Below are positions 25,901-38,550 of a DNA stretch of 64,000 bases, one piece after another. Numbering within the stretch: position 1 is the stretch's first letter; each line of letters starts with the position of its first letter. A model generated the notes under the pieces. It had not been told where the DNA came from. It did not search any database and was given only the letters and a program-made list of their open reading frames with translations. Both the position numbers and the translations under genes were made by a program. This DNA is from Squalus acanthias (taxonomy: Eukaryota): assembly GCA_030390025.1 (NCBI GenBank), contig CM059432.1:143594001-143658000 (forward strand), read 5' to 3'.

Positions 25901-26375
25901 AAGCGGATTGACAATGAGGTGCTGTAGCATCAATGCACCTCCCCTTTAAGTACTGAATAATGCCTGTGCTAAACATGACTGGGGTGTGACTGGACTCGAT
26001 ATTGGACCACCTGTTGAGCGGTAATCAATGAGCAGTGGTTTTAGCGCTGAGATCAAGACTACAATCATGTTAATGAGGACTAAGCACGAACTTTGCGTGC
26101 CAGCTCAACCATTTTCACCTGGCATAGCTTAACATTGTTGGGCCTTAATACTGCCTGCTTTGTGGCCATATCCAATTACTAGGCCATGCAACCGAAAGCA
26201 GTGATTGACTAAAGAAATCCATTCTCTATAAACAAACTGTTTTCTTTTCAAACAGAAAGAACCCACATTAACGGCTGTTAGAGTTCCTGTTTCTCTGTGA
26301 GGAGCTCGTAACAGAATATCGCAATTATAATTAATATATTTATATAAATTCATCACTTACCTGAAATAGAAGCTT

Positions 26376-27298
26376 TGGGGGTCAGGTGGAGGGGAGCATG
26401 TACCAGCTGGGGGTCAGGTGGAGGGGGGGATGTACCAGCTGGGGGTCAGGTGGAGAGGGGGATGTACCAGCTGGGGGTCAGGTGGAGGGGGGCATGTACC
26501 AGCTGGGGGTCAGGTGGAGGGGGGGATGTACCAGCTGGGGGTCAGGTGGAGGGGGGATGAACCAGCTGGGGGTCAGGTGGAGGGGGGCATGTACCAGCTG
26601 GGGGTCAGGTGGAGGGGGGCGTGTACCAGCTGGGGGTCAGGTGGAGGGGGGCGTGTACCAGCTGGGGGTCAGGTGGAGAGGGGCATGTACCAGCTGGGGG
26701 TCAGGTCGAGAGGGGCGTGTACCAGCTGGGGGTCAGGTCGAGAGGGGCGTGTACCAGCTGGAGGTCAGGTGGAGAGGGGCGTGTACCAGCTGGGGGTCAG
26801 GTGGAGGGGGGCATGTACCAGCTGGGGGTCAGGTGGAGGGGGGCGTGTACCAGCTGGGGATCAGGTGGAGGGGGCATGTACCAGCTGGGGATCAGGTGGA
26901 GGGGGGCGTGTACCAGCTGGGGGTCAGGTGGAGGGGGGGCGTGTACCAGCTGGGGGTCAGGTGGAGGGGGGCGTGTACCAGCTGGGGATCAGGTGGAGGG
27001 GGGCATGTACCAGCTGGGGGGTCAGGTGGAGGGGGGCGTGTACCAGCTAGGGGTCAGGTGGAGGGGGGACGTGTACCAGCTGGGGGTCAGGTGGAGGGGG
27101 GCGTGTACCAGCTAGGGGTCAGGTGGAGGGGGGCGTGTACCAGCTGGGGGTCAGGTGGAGGGGGGCGTGTACCAGCTGGGGGTCAGGTGGAGGGGGGATG
27201 TACCAGCTGGGGGTCAGGTGGAGGGGGGCGTGTACCAGCTGGGGGTCAGGTGGAGGGGGGCGTGTACCAGCTGGGGGTCAGGTGGAGGGGGGCGTGTA
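26376..27298. repeat. About 31-bp G-rich minisatellite, about 30 copies
   Basis: (gtaccagctgggggtcaggtggaggggggcgt)n. Confidence 0.93.
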
Positions 27299-27749
27299 AC
27301 CATGTTCCATTTTTGGAGCGTTAAGTTTGATCCTCTTCAATAAATCGTCCACATACATTCTCAGTCCACGAGGGAGAAATGAAACCTCCGACTGAAGCAG
27401 TTCGAGGCATGACCAGGCTACCCGTCCTGTTAACGCCACAAACACTTCTGTGTTGAGATCGGGCACCGTGATCTTAGTAACAAACGTGTTGACACATTGA
27501 TCAGAAATTCCTCTGCTGTCTTCATTGAGGCGAAAGGTGAAAGAATTTCACTTTAACCTCTTAATGTTAAAGCAGGGAAGGGTAACTTTTGTTTTGAATT
27601 ACGCTCAGACTGAAATGTGCCACCAGCGCCCCCTGTGACCTGCACGGGTCATTACTCTGACTGACCACCATTGACTCTTCAAAAGCCTTTTTAATTTTGA
27701 AGCATTTGAAGAAGATTAAATTTTTTTGTTGCCTTCATTTGTTTTGTAG

Positions 27750-27853
27750 GTTACGCCAGAATCCAGGATGTTGAATTCTATCACAGCGGGCAGAAAGGTT
27801 ACCTGGATTACTACGACCCGCGATACTCTGTGGCTTTTCTCAATCTTGGATGG
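27750..27853 (+). CDS. PKHD1L1: PKHD1L1 exon 16
   Basis: tag|GT..TGG|gtttgt; YARIQDVEFYHSGQKGYLDYYDPRYSVAFLNLGW (absent from the ORF track on +). Confidence 0.88.
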
Positions 27854-28020
27854 GTTTGTAGAAGTATTTTTTGAGCAGTTTGTGTGTGGGTTTTTTTTCT
27901 TTGCAGAGATCAATTTTCCGCATTAGTGTCCCGGTGAGGAGTGGGTGGGTGTGAATACCGGGAACTCGGGCACAGTGTTCCCCGTCTGCGGCCGTGAACC
28001 AGCTGCATCGACCTTTGAAG

Positions 28021-28492
28021 AAAGAAAGAAAGACTTGCATTTCTATAGCGCCTTTCACGACCACCGGATGTCTCAAAGCGCTTTACAGCCAATGAAGTAC
28101 TTTTTTGGAGTGTAGTCCCTGTTGTAATGTAGGAAACGCGGCAGCCAATTTGCTCACAGCAAGCTCCCACAGACAGCAATGTGATAATGGCCAGATAATC
28201 TGTTTTAGTGATGTTGATTGAGGGATAAATATTTGCCAGGACACTGGGTATAACTCCCCTGCTCTTCTTCCAAATAGTGCCACGAGATCTTTTACGTCCA
28301 CCTGAGAGAGCAGACGGGGCCTCGGTTTAACGTCTCATCCGAAAGACAGCACCTCCGACAGTGCAGCAGCTCCCTCAGTACTGCACTGGAGTGTCAGCCT
28401 AGCTTTATGTGCTCAAGTCCCTGGAGTGAGACTTGAACCCACAACCTTCTGACTCAGCGGCGAGCGTGCTACCCACTGAGCCACAGCTGACA
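28021..28492 (-). mobile_element. Full-length Deu-type SINE
   Basis: Reverse-complement homolog of 1864-2268; partial copies at about 1310-1510, 6300-6511 and 10238-10522. Confidence 0.78.
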
Positions 28493-29143
28493 GTCCATAT
28501 TTCTCGATAACCATCCCGTCACTCGAAGCTTCGCAGTGGAAATTCACCCCACCGTCGTTGTTTTGGTCTCCTCGCGCTCTTCCCTTGGAGCGTAGTGTGG
28601 GGTAGCGGAAGGATTTCCAAGCTGATCAACAGTCTGACAGGCCGTGACGTAAACGCTCCTCCCATGGGCCGTAACCATCTTTCTCCCAGCCAATTGGGGG
28701 GGCAGGAGGGGGGTCAGTCCGATACGGCGGGGGGGTTTTATGGGCTCCCACAACCCATGTGATGAGGGCGTCACCCACACCCACCGGACGCGAGAATCCC
28801 ATTGGATGTCAACCCGGGATTGTCTGAAGTGGGGTTCGAACCCCCCACCCTCTGACTCGTTGTGGGGGAGCGGCCGGGGGGACTGGCTACCACTGAGTCA
28901 AAGACTCGTTCCACCCCATAGTTTATACGCTGTAATTATCTCACTTTTTAATTTAGGATAAAAAAGAAAGTGTTTGGGGGATAATTTTCAACAATGGCGG
29001 GGGTGCAAACCAGAATGGAATATCGGGGGGTACAACGGATTATCAATCTGCTACCTCCAGAGTTGCAAATTGACCCCCTTTTGTGTAATGACAGATGTAT
29101 CAGGACCTCATTATTGAGATTTACTGTAAATAACTCTTTCCAG

Positions 29144-29270
29144 ATCGCAGCAAACGATTCTTATGTTCGGGGATGTGCTTTTCACCATGGATTTGCTCCC
29201 ACAATAGGAGCGTTTGGAACGGACGGCCTTGATGTTGACGATAATGTCATATACAGCACCCTCGGAGAAG
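29144..29270 (+). CDS. PKHD1L1: PKHD1L1 exon 17
   Basis: cag|ATC..GAAG|gtaatc; SYVRGCAFHHGFAPTIGAFGTDGLDVDDNVI. Confidence 0.92.
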
Positions 29271-29277
29271 GTAATCA

Positions 29278-29954
29278 GCAGGTGCAGCAAGCCATTAGGA
29301 AGGCAAATGGTATGCTGGCCTTCATTACAAGAGGATTTGAGTACAGGAGTAAAGACGTCTTAGCTTCAGTTATATAGGGCCTTGGTGAGACTACACCTGG
29401 AGTACTGTGTACAATTTTGGTCTCCTTACCTAAGGAAGGATATACTTGCCATAGAGGGAGTGCAACGAAGGTTCACGAGATTGATTCCTGGGATGGCGGG
29501 ACTGTCGTATGAGAAGAGATTGAGTAAACTAGGCCTGTATTCTCTTGAATTCAGAAGAATGAGGGGGGATCTCATTGAAGCATAGAAAATTATTACAGGG
29601 CTTGATAGGGTGGATGCTGGGAGAATGGTTCCCTTGGCTGGGGAGTCTAGAACCAGGGGCAACAGCCTCAGGATAAAGGGTCGGCCATTCAGGACTGAGA
29701 TGAGGAGAAATTTCTTCACTCAGAGGGTGGTGAATCTTTGGAATTCTCTACCCCAGAGGGCTGTGGAGGCTCAGTCATTGGGTATATTCAAAACAGAATT
29801 CGATAGATTTCTGACTAGTAAGGGCATCAAGGGATATGGCGATAGGGCCGGTGAATGGAATTGAGGCAGAAGATCAGCCATGATCTCATTGAATGGCGGA
29901 GCAGGCTCGAAGGGCCGAATGGCCTACTCCTGCTCCTATTCCTTATGTTCTTAT
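29278..29954 (+). mobile_element. CR1 3' fragment directly after the exon 17 donor
   Basis: [40 protein letters not shown]. Confidence 0.88.
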
Positions 29955-29972
29955 CCCTGTTACTAAACACAA

Positions 29973-30150
29973 GGGGTTAGATCTTGAATTTTGTGCAATA
30001 GTGTAAGACGAGCGATAACAAGTCAGCAGCCCGTTATACATCTCTCCCCGATTGAAGTTAACGGAAATTATAATTCGGGAGAGATGTAAAACGTGCTGCC
30101 CACTCGCTATCGCCCGTCAGCCACCCTTACACAAAGTCAAGGTTCACCCC
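29973..30150. mobile_element. Palindromic MITE (Harbinger-like GGGG ends)
   Basis: Imperfect fold-back over its whole length, e.g. tacatctctccccga / tcggggagagatgta. Confidence 0.65.
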
Positions 30151-30276
30151 AAAGAATTTCTCATCGGAATGTTGGTGTTACAGTATTTGTACTTTTAGCA
30201 GAGAAATCATTCATAAAATGACTTCAAATGATGGTTTTAGACATGTACACTGAGAGACTTTTTTCACCTTTACCAG

Positions 30277-30365
30277 GTATCATATTATGGGGCAACGGTA
30301 ACCGAGCGAGGGGGAACCTCGTGGCGCTCGGCGAACTTGACAACAGTTGGACTGCGGCGATTGAG
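30277..30365 (+). CDS. PKHD1L1: PKHD1L1 exon 18
   Basis: cag|GT..GAG|gttaaa; IILWGNGNRARGNLVAL...WTAAIE. Confidence 0.87.
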
Positions 30366-30879
30366 GTTAAATTCGTTCCATTTGATGAAAGTGGGGGGGA
30401 AGCACGTTTAGCCCAGTGATACTCTTGACCCCTGGGAGTTAAGTTCCGCCTTCGCTCCACGGGTGATAATCAGCTGCCATCGTCGAACCCGCCCCAATCC
30501 CAACCCATTGAAACCGTGGAATGAAGGTCGGGTGGGTTCGATGATGGGCAGGCGGGCGGACAAATGGCTTCACTCGATTACCCGCCATGGTGTCCACACA
30601 CAGAGCTCCGCCGTGGAGCCCAGGATAGAAAGTTCTTATCCTCCAGCTTTCCTTCCCTTCGCACTCCTCTATCCTCTTCATATCAATGGATTATGGTGAC
30701 GTGTTCAGTCTGGGCAGCAATGAGGACTCGTCCAGTTCAAGACCATCAAATGTATGGCTCTGTGGGCGTAGTGTGGCTCCGTGTTCCACTCCTGCGCTGT
30801 TTACAATTCTTTTAGTTTGGGGTGGGTGGAAGAGAGAACGTCATGAGTGTTAAGTGACCTGTAGGCGAATGGAACTTGC

Positions 30880-32462
30880 CTGCCCCCCCCCATCACCCTG
30901 CCCCTCCCCTCCCTCTTCGCCTCCCCTTCCCCTCCCCTCTACTCCACCCACCCCCTTCTCCCCTCCCCCATTCTCCCTCCCCCATTCTCCCCTCCCCTCC
31001 CCCTTCTCCTCCCCCTCCCCCTCCTCTCCTTCCCCTCCCCCCTCTCCCCTCCTTCCCTCCCCCCTCTCCCCTCCTTCCCTCTCCCCTCCTTCCCTCCCCC
31101 CTCTCCCCTCCTTCCCTCCCCCCTCTCCCCTCCTTCCCTCCCCCCTCTCCTCTCTTCTGCACCCTCCCCTCCCCTCCACCCACCCCTCCCCTCCCCTCCA
31201 CCCACCCTCCCCCTCACCCTCCCCCTCCCCCTCCCATCTCCTCCACCCACCCTCCCCCTCCCCTCCCCCTCCCATCTCCTCCACCCACCCTCCCCCTCCC
31301 ATCTCCTCCACCCACCCTCCCCCTCCCCCTCCCATCTCCACCCACCCTCCCTCCCCCTCCCATCTCCTCCACCCACCCTCCCCCTCCCCCTCCCATCTCC
31401 TCCACCCACCCTCCCCCTCCCCCTCCCATCTCCTCCACCCACCCTCCCCCTCCCATCTCCTCCACCCACCCTCCCCCTCCCATCTCCTCCACCCACCCTA
31501 CCCCTCCCATCTCCTCCATCCACCCTCCCAACTCCTCCACCCACCCTCCCATCTCCTCCACCCACCCTCCCCCTCCCATCTCCTCCTCCACCCACCCTCC
31601 CATCTCCTCCACCCACCCTCCCCCTCCCATCTCCTCCACCCACCCTCCCCTCCCATCTCCTCCACCCACCCTCCCCCTCCCATCTCCTCCACCCACCCTC
31701 ACCCTCCCCCTCCCATCTCCTCCAGCCACCCTCCCCCTCCCATCTCCTCCACCCACCCTCCCCCTCCCCCTCCCCCTCCCCTCTCCTCCACCCATCCCTC
31801 CACCCACCCTCCCCCTCCCATCTCCTCCACCCACCCTTCCCCCCCCTCCCATCTCCTCCACCCACCCTCCCCCTCCCATCTCCTCCATCCACCCTCCCAT
31901 CTCCTCCACCCACCCTCCCATCTCCTCCACCCACCCTCCCCCTCCCACCCTCCCATCTCCTCCACCCACCCTCCCCCTCCCATCTCCTCCACCCACCCTC
32001 CCATCTCCTCCACCCACCCTCCCCCTCCCATCTCCTCCACCCACCCTCCCATCTCCTCCACCCACCCTCCCCCTCCCATCTCCTCCACCCACTCTCCCCT
32101 CCCATCTCCTCCACCCACCCTCCCCCTCCCATCTCCTCCACCCACTCTCCCCTCCCATCTCCTCCACCCACTCTCCCCTCCCATCTCCTCCACCCACCCT
32201 CCCCCTCCCATCTCCTCCACCCACCCTCCCCCTCCCATCTCCTCCACCCACCTCCCCCTCCCATCTCCTCCACCCACCCTCCCCCTCCCATCTCCTCCAC
32301 CCACCCTCCCCCCTCCCATCTCCTCCACCCACCCTCCCCCTCCCATCTCCTCCACCCACCCTCCCCCTCCCATCTCCTCCACCCACCCTCTCCTTCACCC
32401 CTCCCTTCCCCTCTCCTTCACCCCTCCCTTCCCCTTCCCCTCTCCTTCACCCACCCTCCCCC
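30880..32462. repeat. 1.6-kb C-rich repeat, units of about 21-33 bp
   Basis: (ccctcccatctcctccacccaccct)n; + strand almost devoid of G. Confidence 0.93.
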
Positions 32463-32765
32463 TTGCCGACTGTCCAATCAGAATTTCCATTGATGGATGC
32501 AACAGTAGCCAATTAGAATTGAGGATAGGCAAGGGATACACACATGATTGGCACAGGAGTTAACCAATGGAGTTTGTAGCTGTGTCTGGAAGTGAACAAT
32601 TGAGGCTGGGAACGGACATTGGAGCTCTACCTCGTTATTAATTGTCATGGGATTGAGCAGAAGTTTTTTTGCACTAACGTAAGGGGCCTAATAGGAATCT
32701 GTTCAAAAGTTTCATAGAAGCCGAAACATGCATAATCTTCTGCCCTTTGGCCAAGGAGGTTAACA

Positions 32766-32850
32766 CCCCGGCCCCGCACTCTGACCCCGGCCCCGCACTC
32801 TGACCCCGGCCCCGCACTCTGACCCCGGCCCCGCACTCTGACCCCAGCCC
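32766..32850. repeat. 19-bp tandem repeat, about 4.5 copies
   Basis: (ccccggccccgcactctga)n. Confidence 0.88.
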
Positions 32851-32926
32851 AGCAACCTAACCCTGACCCTATAATCCAGCCCTCTTTAGGGATAGTTTTT
32901 TCTATTGCCGTAGGTGGAAATCCTAT

Positions 32927-33294
32927 GGGGGAAAAATTCAGTTGGTTGCGCCTCCCGTTAGCGCCTTAAGAGGGCGCTAATGGGGCGCAAAGCAGCTCAC
33001 GCCCGGGCGCAGCGATGTTTGCGCCGCTCGCGAAATTAACTAGACATTTTGCGGTGGCGCTAAACACTACCGCCACGATCTCCTGCGCCGGCAGATCGTG
33101 ACGTCAGTCGAGTGCGCAACGCCCCGGTAGCACCCCGGAGCGGATATTGAGTGGCGCCCCCTGCCTTACCGCCTGCCGCTAGCAACGACAGGTTGAGGGG
33201 AGCGTTTTGCAGTCAGGAAGGGACTGGGGGAGCGCTATTTAAAGGCGACTGCTTCCTGCCTTTTATTGTTGGTGACATTTTTGAAACACGCATT

Positions 33295-33329
<35 letters not shown>

Positions 33330-33830
33330 CTGGAGAGATTCAACGCTGTGTGAAGGAGTTTTGGGTACTGAGCAGCACTTTGCAGGTTCATTTTGATTTG
33401 CCCTTCCTTGTATCGATTTAGAAGAGACTGTGGGGGCTTCACTCTGAGCTCTTTCCCTGGTACTCTCCATTGTTCTATCCAGCAGATTTGATGTACAGGT
33501 CTCTCCAGGCCGAGAATCAAGGCTGCAATGAGTAGGATGTGGATGGAAAGCAAGATCAACCCTCCCCTTTAAGAATTGGCCCGCGCCATTGTGTGTGTGT
33601 TCCATTGCTGACTGACATCACATGAGCTTCGCCAGCGCTCTGAGGTAGCGCCTCGCTCCTCGGCCTTTGCGCCTAAGACAGGTGTGTAGTGCCTGATTTA
33701 GCGCTCCAATCACCTCCAGGGGCGATAAAAGTCAAGTTTGCAGTCGGAGGCGATAATTAGCGGCAGGCGCTAATCTTTGCGCCCGGCTGATAATTGCGCC
33801 CCAAATGGGGCGATACTGAATTTCTCCCCC
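32927..33830. mobile_element. Non-autonomous Harbinger-like DNA transposon, copy 1
   Basis: TIR gggggaaaaattcag / ctgaatttctccccc; 3-bp TSD TAT. Confidence 0.8.
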
Positions 33831-34056
33831 TATGTGTTGTATTTTTAGATATTTAAGACACAATATCAGATATTGGAAAGAGTAGGAGTGTAGGTAACGA
33901 GTGGTTGGGTTTGACACTGACTGGTTGGGCTGAATGGCCTGTGTCCTTGTTGTAACTTCTGTGTCGGTACTTACATTCTAAGTTATTCAGGAAAAGTACC
34001 TTATTCTTTGCAGGATGCTGTGAAGTTTACAATTGGATATGTTTTTATGCTTAAAG

Positions 34057-34147
34057 GTAAATAAAGGCTCCAATATTGTTCTACAAGAGAATGTTGTTGC
34101 AGGATTTGGGAAGATTGGCTATCGCATTAATGGGGAACCATGTCCAG
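34057..34147 (+). CDS. PKHD1L1: PKHD1L1 exon 19
   Basis: aag|GTA..CCAG|gtgagt; VNKGSNIVLQENVVAGFGKIGYRINGEPCP. Confidence 0.9.
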
Positions 34148-37100
34148 GTGAGTCTCAACCTTGTAGACATCCTCACTCACCTGTGTCCCTTGATTGTGTG
34201 AGATTAACATTGTTACACTAGGCCCATGTGAACCAGGTACACTGGTGCATTGGTCATCGGCCTGGACTAGCAACCCAGAAGTTGAGAGTTCAAATCTTGG
34301 AGGGGGTGCAGCGCAGATTCACCAGAATGATAAAGGGTTGCATTATAAGGACCGGTTGCATAAACTTGATTTGTATTCCTTTGAGTTTAGACGGTTGAGG
34401 GGGTGATCTGATCGAGGTGTTTAAAATGATAAACAGACACGGAGAAACTATTTTCTCTGGTGGGGGGAATCCAGAACAAGGGGACATAATCTTAAAATTA
34501 GAGCCAGGCCGTTCAGGAGGGAAATCACTTTTTGACACTGTGGGCGAGAAATTGGCCTCCTTTGTGCCTCCCGTTATCGCCTCCAGGGGGCGATAATGGG
34601 GCGCGGCGAAAGAAGCAGCTCCCGGGAAATTCAATGGGGGGGGTGGGTAGCGCTGGCGGAAAAATGGGGCACTGGCACCAGTACTGGGGAAAGAGGGAGC
34701 TGTTCCGTTGGGACGGGCTTCACTTGAACCGTGCTGGGACCAGTGTCCTGGTGAATCGAATAACTAGTGCTATAGATAGGGCTTTAAACTAAATAGTGGA
34801 GGGGAAACTTAGAAAGTTAAAGAGAAAGGACAAGGCAATAGTGCAGTGTAGTGATAGGGGTAATGATAACCAGAGTGTGACAGGAAGGGACAGAGCGTAC
34901 AAGCATAAGAGTGCACCAGCAAATAGGGTCAGAGTAGCGAAAAATGGTAAAAAGACAAAATTAAAGGCTCTTTATCTGAATGCAAGCAGCATTCGTAACA
35001 AGATAGATGAACTAACGGCACAAAATAGAAATAAATGGGTATGATCTGATTGCCATTACAGAGACGTGGCTGCAAGGTGGCCAAGGCTGGGAACTGAATA
35101 TTCAAGGGTATTTAACATTTCGGAATGATAGGCTGAAAGGAAAAGGAGTTGGGGTAGCTCTGTTAATAAAGGATGAGATCAGTACAGTGGTGAGAAATGA
35201 TCTTGGCTCAGAAGGTCAAGATGTAGAATCAGTTTGGGTCGAGATAAAAAATAATAAGGGAAAGAAATCACTGGTGGGAGTAGTCTCTCGGCCCCGTAAC
35301 AGTAGCTACACTGTGGGACAGAGTATAAATCAAGAAATAATGGGGGCTTGTAAGAAAGGTACTGCAATAATCATGGGTGATTTTAATCTTCATATAGATT
35401 GGCCAAATCAAATTGGCAAAGGTAGCCTTGAGGACGAGTTCATAGAGTGTATTCAGGACAGTTTCTTAGAACAATACGTTGTGGACCCAACCAGGGAGCA
35501 GGCTATTTTAGATCTGGTGATGTGTAATGAGACAGGATTAATTAATGATCTCATAGTAAAGGATCCTCTCGGGAAGAGTGATCATAACATGTAGGAATTT
35601 CACATTCAGTTTGAGGGTGAGAAACTTTTGTCTGAAACTAGTGTCTTAAACTTAAATAAAGGCAATCACAAGGGTATGAAGACAGTTGGCTAAAGTGGAC
35701 TGGGAAAATAGATTAAAAGGTAAGACATTAGATAAGCAGTGGCAGACTTTTAAGGAGATATTTCATAACTCTCAACAAAGATATATTCCAGTGAGAAAGA
35801 AAGACTATGAGAAGGATGAACCATCTGTGGCTTACTAAGGAAGTTAAGGAGGGTATCAAATTGAAAGAAAAAGCATACAATGTTCTGAAGATTAGTGGTA
35901 GGCGAGAAGATTGGGAAATTTTTAGAAATTGCAAAGGATGACTAAAAAAAAATAAAGAGGGAGAAAATAGATTGAGAGTAAACTAGCAAGAAATATAAAA
36001 ACGGACAGTAGGAGCTTCTACAAGTATATAAAAAGGAAGAGAGTAGCTAAAGTAAACATTGGTCCCTTAGAGGATAAGACTAGGGAATTAATAATGGGAA
36101 ACAAGGAGATGGCAGAGACTTTGAACAAATATTTGTATCTGTCATCACAGTAGAAGACACTAAAAACATCTCAGTAATAATGGAATATCAAGGGGCAAAA
36201 GGGAGGGAGGAACTTAAAACAATCACTATCACTAGAGAAAAAGTACTAGGCAAACTAATGGGACTAAAGGCTGACAAGTCCCCTGGACCTGATGGACTGC
36301 ATGCTAAGGTTTTAAAAAAATGTGGCTGCAGAGATAGTGGATGCATTGGTTGTAATCTTCCAAAATTCCCTAGACTCTGGAAAGGTCCCAGCGGATTGGA
36401 AAACCGCAAATGTAATGCCCATATTCAAGAAAGGAAGGAGACAGAAAGTAGGAAACTATGGGCCAGTTAGCCTAACATCTGTCATTGGGAAAATGCTGGA
36501 ATCCATTATTAAGGCAGTAGTAGCAGGACATTTAGAAAATCAAAATACAATCAAGCAGAGTCAGCGTGGTTTTATGAAATTGTGTTTGACAAATTTATTA
36601 GGGTTCTTTGAGGATGTAACGAGCAGGGTGGATAAAGGGGAACCAGTAGATGTAGTGTATTTGGATTTCCAAAAGGCATTTGATAAGGTGTCACATAAAA
36701 GGTTACTGCACAAGATAAGAGCTCATGGTGTTGGGGGTAATATATTAGCATAGATAGAGGATTGGCTAACTAACAGAAAACAGATTTGGGATAAATGGAT
36801 CATTTTCAGGTTGGCAAACTGTAACTAATGGGGTGCCGCAGGGATCAGTGCTGGGGCCTCAACTATTTACAATCTATATTAATGACTTGGATGAAGGGGC
36901 CGAGTATCATGTAGCCAAATTTGCTGATGATACAAAGATGGGTGGGAAAGCAAGTTGTGAAGAGGGCACAAAGAGTTTGCAAAGGGATATGATAGGTTAA
37001 GTGAGTGGGCAAAAATTTGGCAGATGGAGTATAATGTGGGAAAATGTGAGGTTATCCACTTTGGTAGGAAGAATAGAAAAGCAAAATATTATTTAAATGG

Positions 37101-37412
37101 GCAACACGGTGGCATAGTGGTTAGCACTGTTACCTCACAGCGCCAGGGGCCCGGGTTCGAATCCGGCCTCGGGTGACTGTCTGTGTGGAGTTTGCACATC
37201 CTCCCCGTGTCTGCGTGGGTTTCCTCCGGGTGCTCTGGTTTCCTCCCACAGTCCACTGTGCGGGTTAGGTTGATTTGGCTATGATAAATTGACCCTTAGT
37301 GTTAGGGGGATTAAATACGTGGGGTTACGGGGATAGGGTAGGATATGTGTCGGTGCAGGCTCGATGGGCAGAAATGGCCTCTATCTGCACTGTGGGGATT
37401 CTGTGATTCTGT
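37101..37412 (+). mobile_element. V-SINE (HE1-like)
   Basis: A-box tggcatagtgg, B-box ggttcgaatcc, V-domain gtgtggagtttgca...gggtttcctccgggtgctc. Confidence 0.82.
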
Positions 37413-37657
37413 GAGAGAGACTACAGAATGATGCGGTACAGAAGGATCTGGGTGTCCTCGTACATGAAACACAACAAGTTAGCATTCAGGTACAGCAGGT
37501 AATTAGGAAGGCAAATGGAATGTTGGCCTTTATTGCAAGGGAGATGGAGTATAAAAGTAGGGAAGTCTTGGGTTGTTTTATGAGGAAAGGTTGAGCAGAT
37601 TGGGTCTATACTCATTGGAGTTTTGTAGAATGAGAGGTGATCTTATTGAAACATATA

Positions 37658-38550
37658 GGGGTAAAAATTCAGTTGGTTGCGCCTCCCGTTAGCGCCTTAA
37701 GAGGGCGCTAATGGGGCGCAAAGCCGCTAACGCCCGGGCGCAGCGATGTTTGCGCCGCTCGGGAACTTAACTTGACATTGTGCGGCGGCGCTAAAACTTA
37801 CCGCTGCAACCACCTGCGCGCGCAGATTGTGACGTCATTCCATGGTGCAACGCCCTTGTGGCGCCCCGGAGCGGAAATTGAGTGGCGCCCCCTGCCTTAC
37901 CGCCTGGCGCATCCAACGACCAGAAGACTGGAACGCTATCAATCGCTGTGGGGCTGGGGGGGGCGCTATTTAAAGGGGGCCTCTTCCTGTCTTTTATTGT
38001 TGGTGGCATTTTTGAACTACGCATTCTGAGAGAGAGAGGGAGAGACTTCTGGAGAGATTCAACGTTGTGTGAAGGAGTTTTGGGTACTGAGCAGCACTTT
38101 GCAGGTTCATTTTGATTTACCATTCCTTGTATCGATTTAGCAGAGACTGTGGGAGCTGCACTCTGAGCTCTTTGCCTGGTACTCTCCATTGTTCTTTCCA
38201 GCACATTTGATGTGCAAGTCTCTCCAGGCCGAGATTCAAGGCTGCAATGAACAGGATGTGGATGGAAAGCAAGATTAACCATCCCCTTTAAGAACTGGCC
38301 CATGCCATTGTGTGTGTGTTCCATTGCTGACTGACATTACATGAGCTTCGCCAGCGCTCTGAGTTAGCGCCTCACTCCTCGGCCTTTGCGCCTTAAGACA
38401 GGTGTGCAGCACCTGCTTTAGCGCTCCACTCACCTCCCGGGGCGGTAAAAGTGAAGTTTCCAGTCAGTGCCGATAATTAGCGCCAGGCGCTAATATTTGC
38501 GTCCAGACGATATTTGCGCCCCAAATGGGGCGCGACCTAATTTCTACCCC
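37658..38550. mobile_element. Non-autonomous Harbinger-like DNA transposon, copy 2, inside CR1
   Basis: TIR ggggtaaaaatt / aatttctacccc; TSD ATA; CR1 sequence rejoins across it. Confidence 0.82.

Noticed and set aside
26375..27343. Gly-rich ORFs
   Set aside because: Translation of the 31-bp VNTR
30854..32563. 569-aa and 546-aa Pro-rich (extensin-like) ORFs
   Set aside because: Low-complexity C-rich repeat; without G or TA, stop codons cannot occur
37101..37180. tRNA-like sequence with A and B boxes
   Set aside because: Head of a V-SINE, not a tRNA gene
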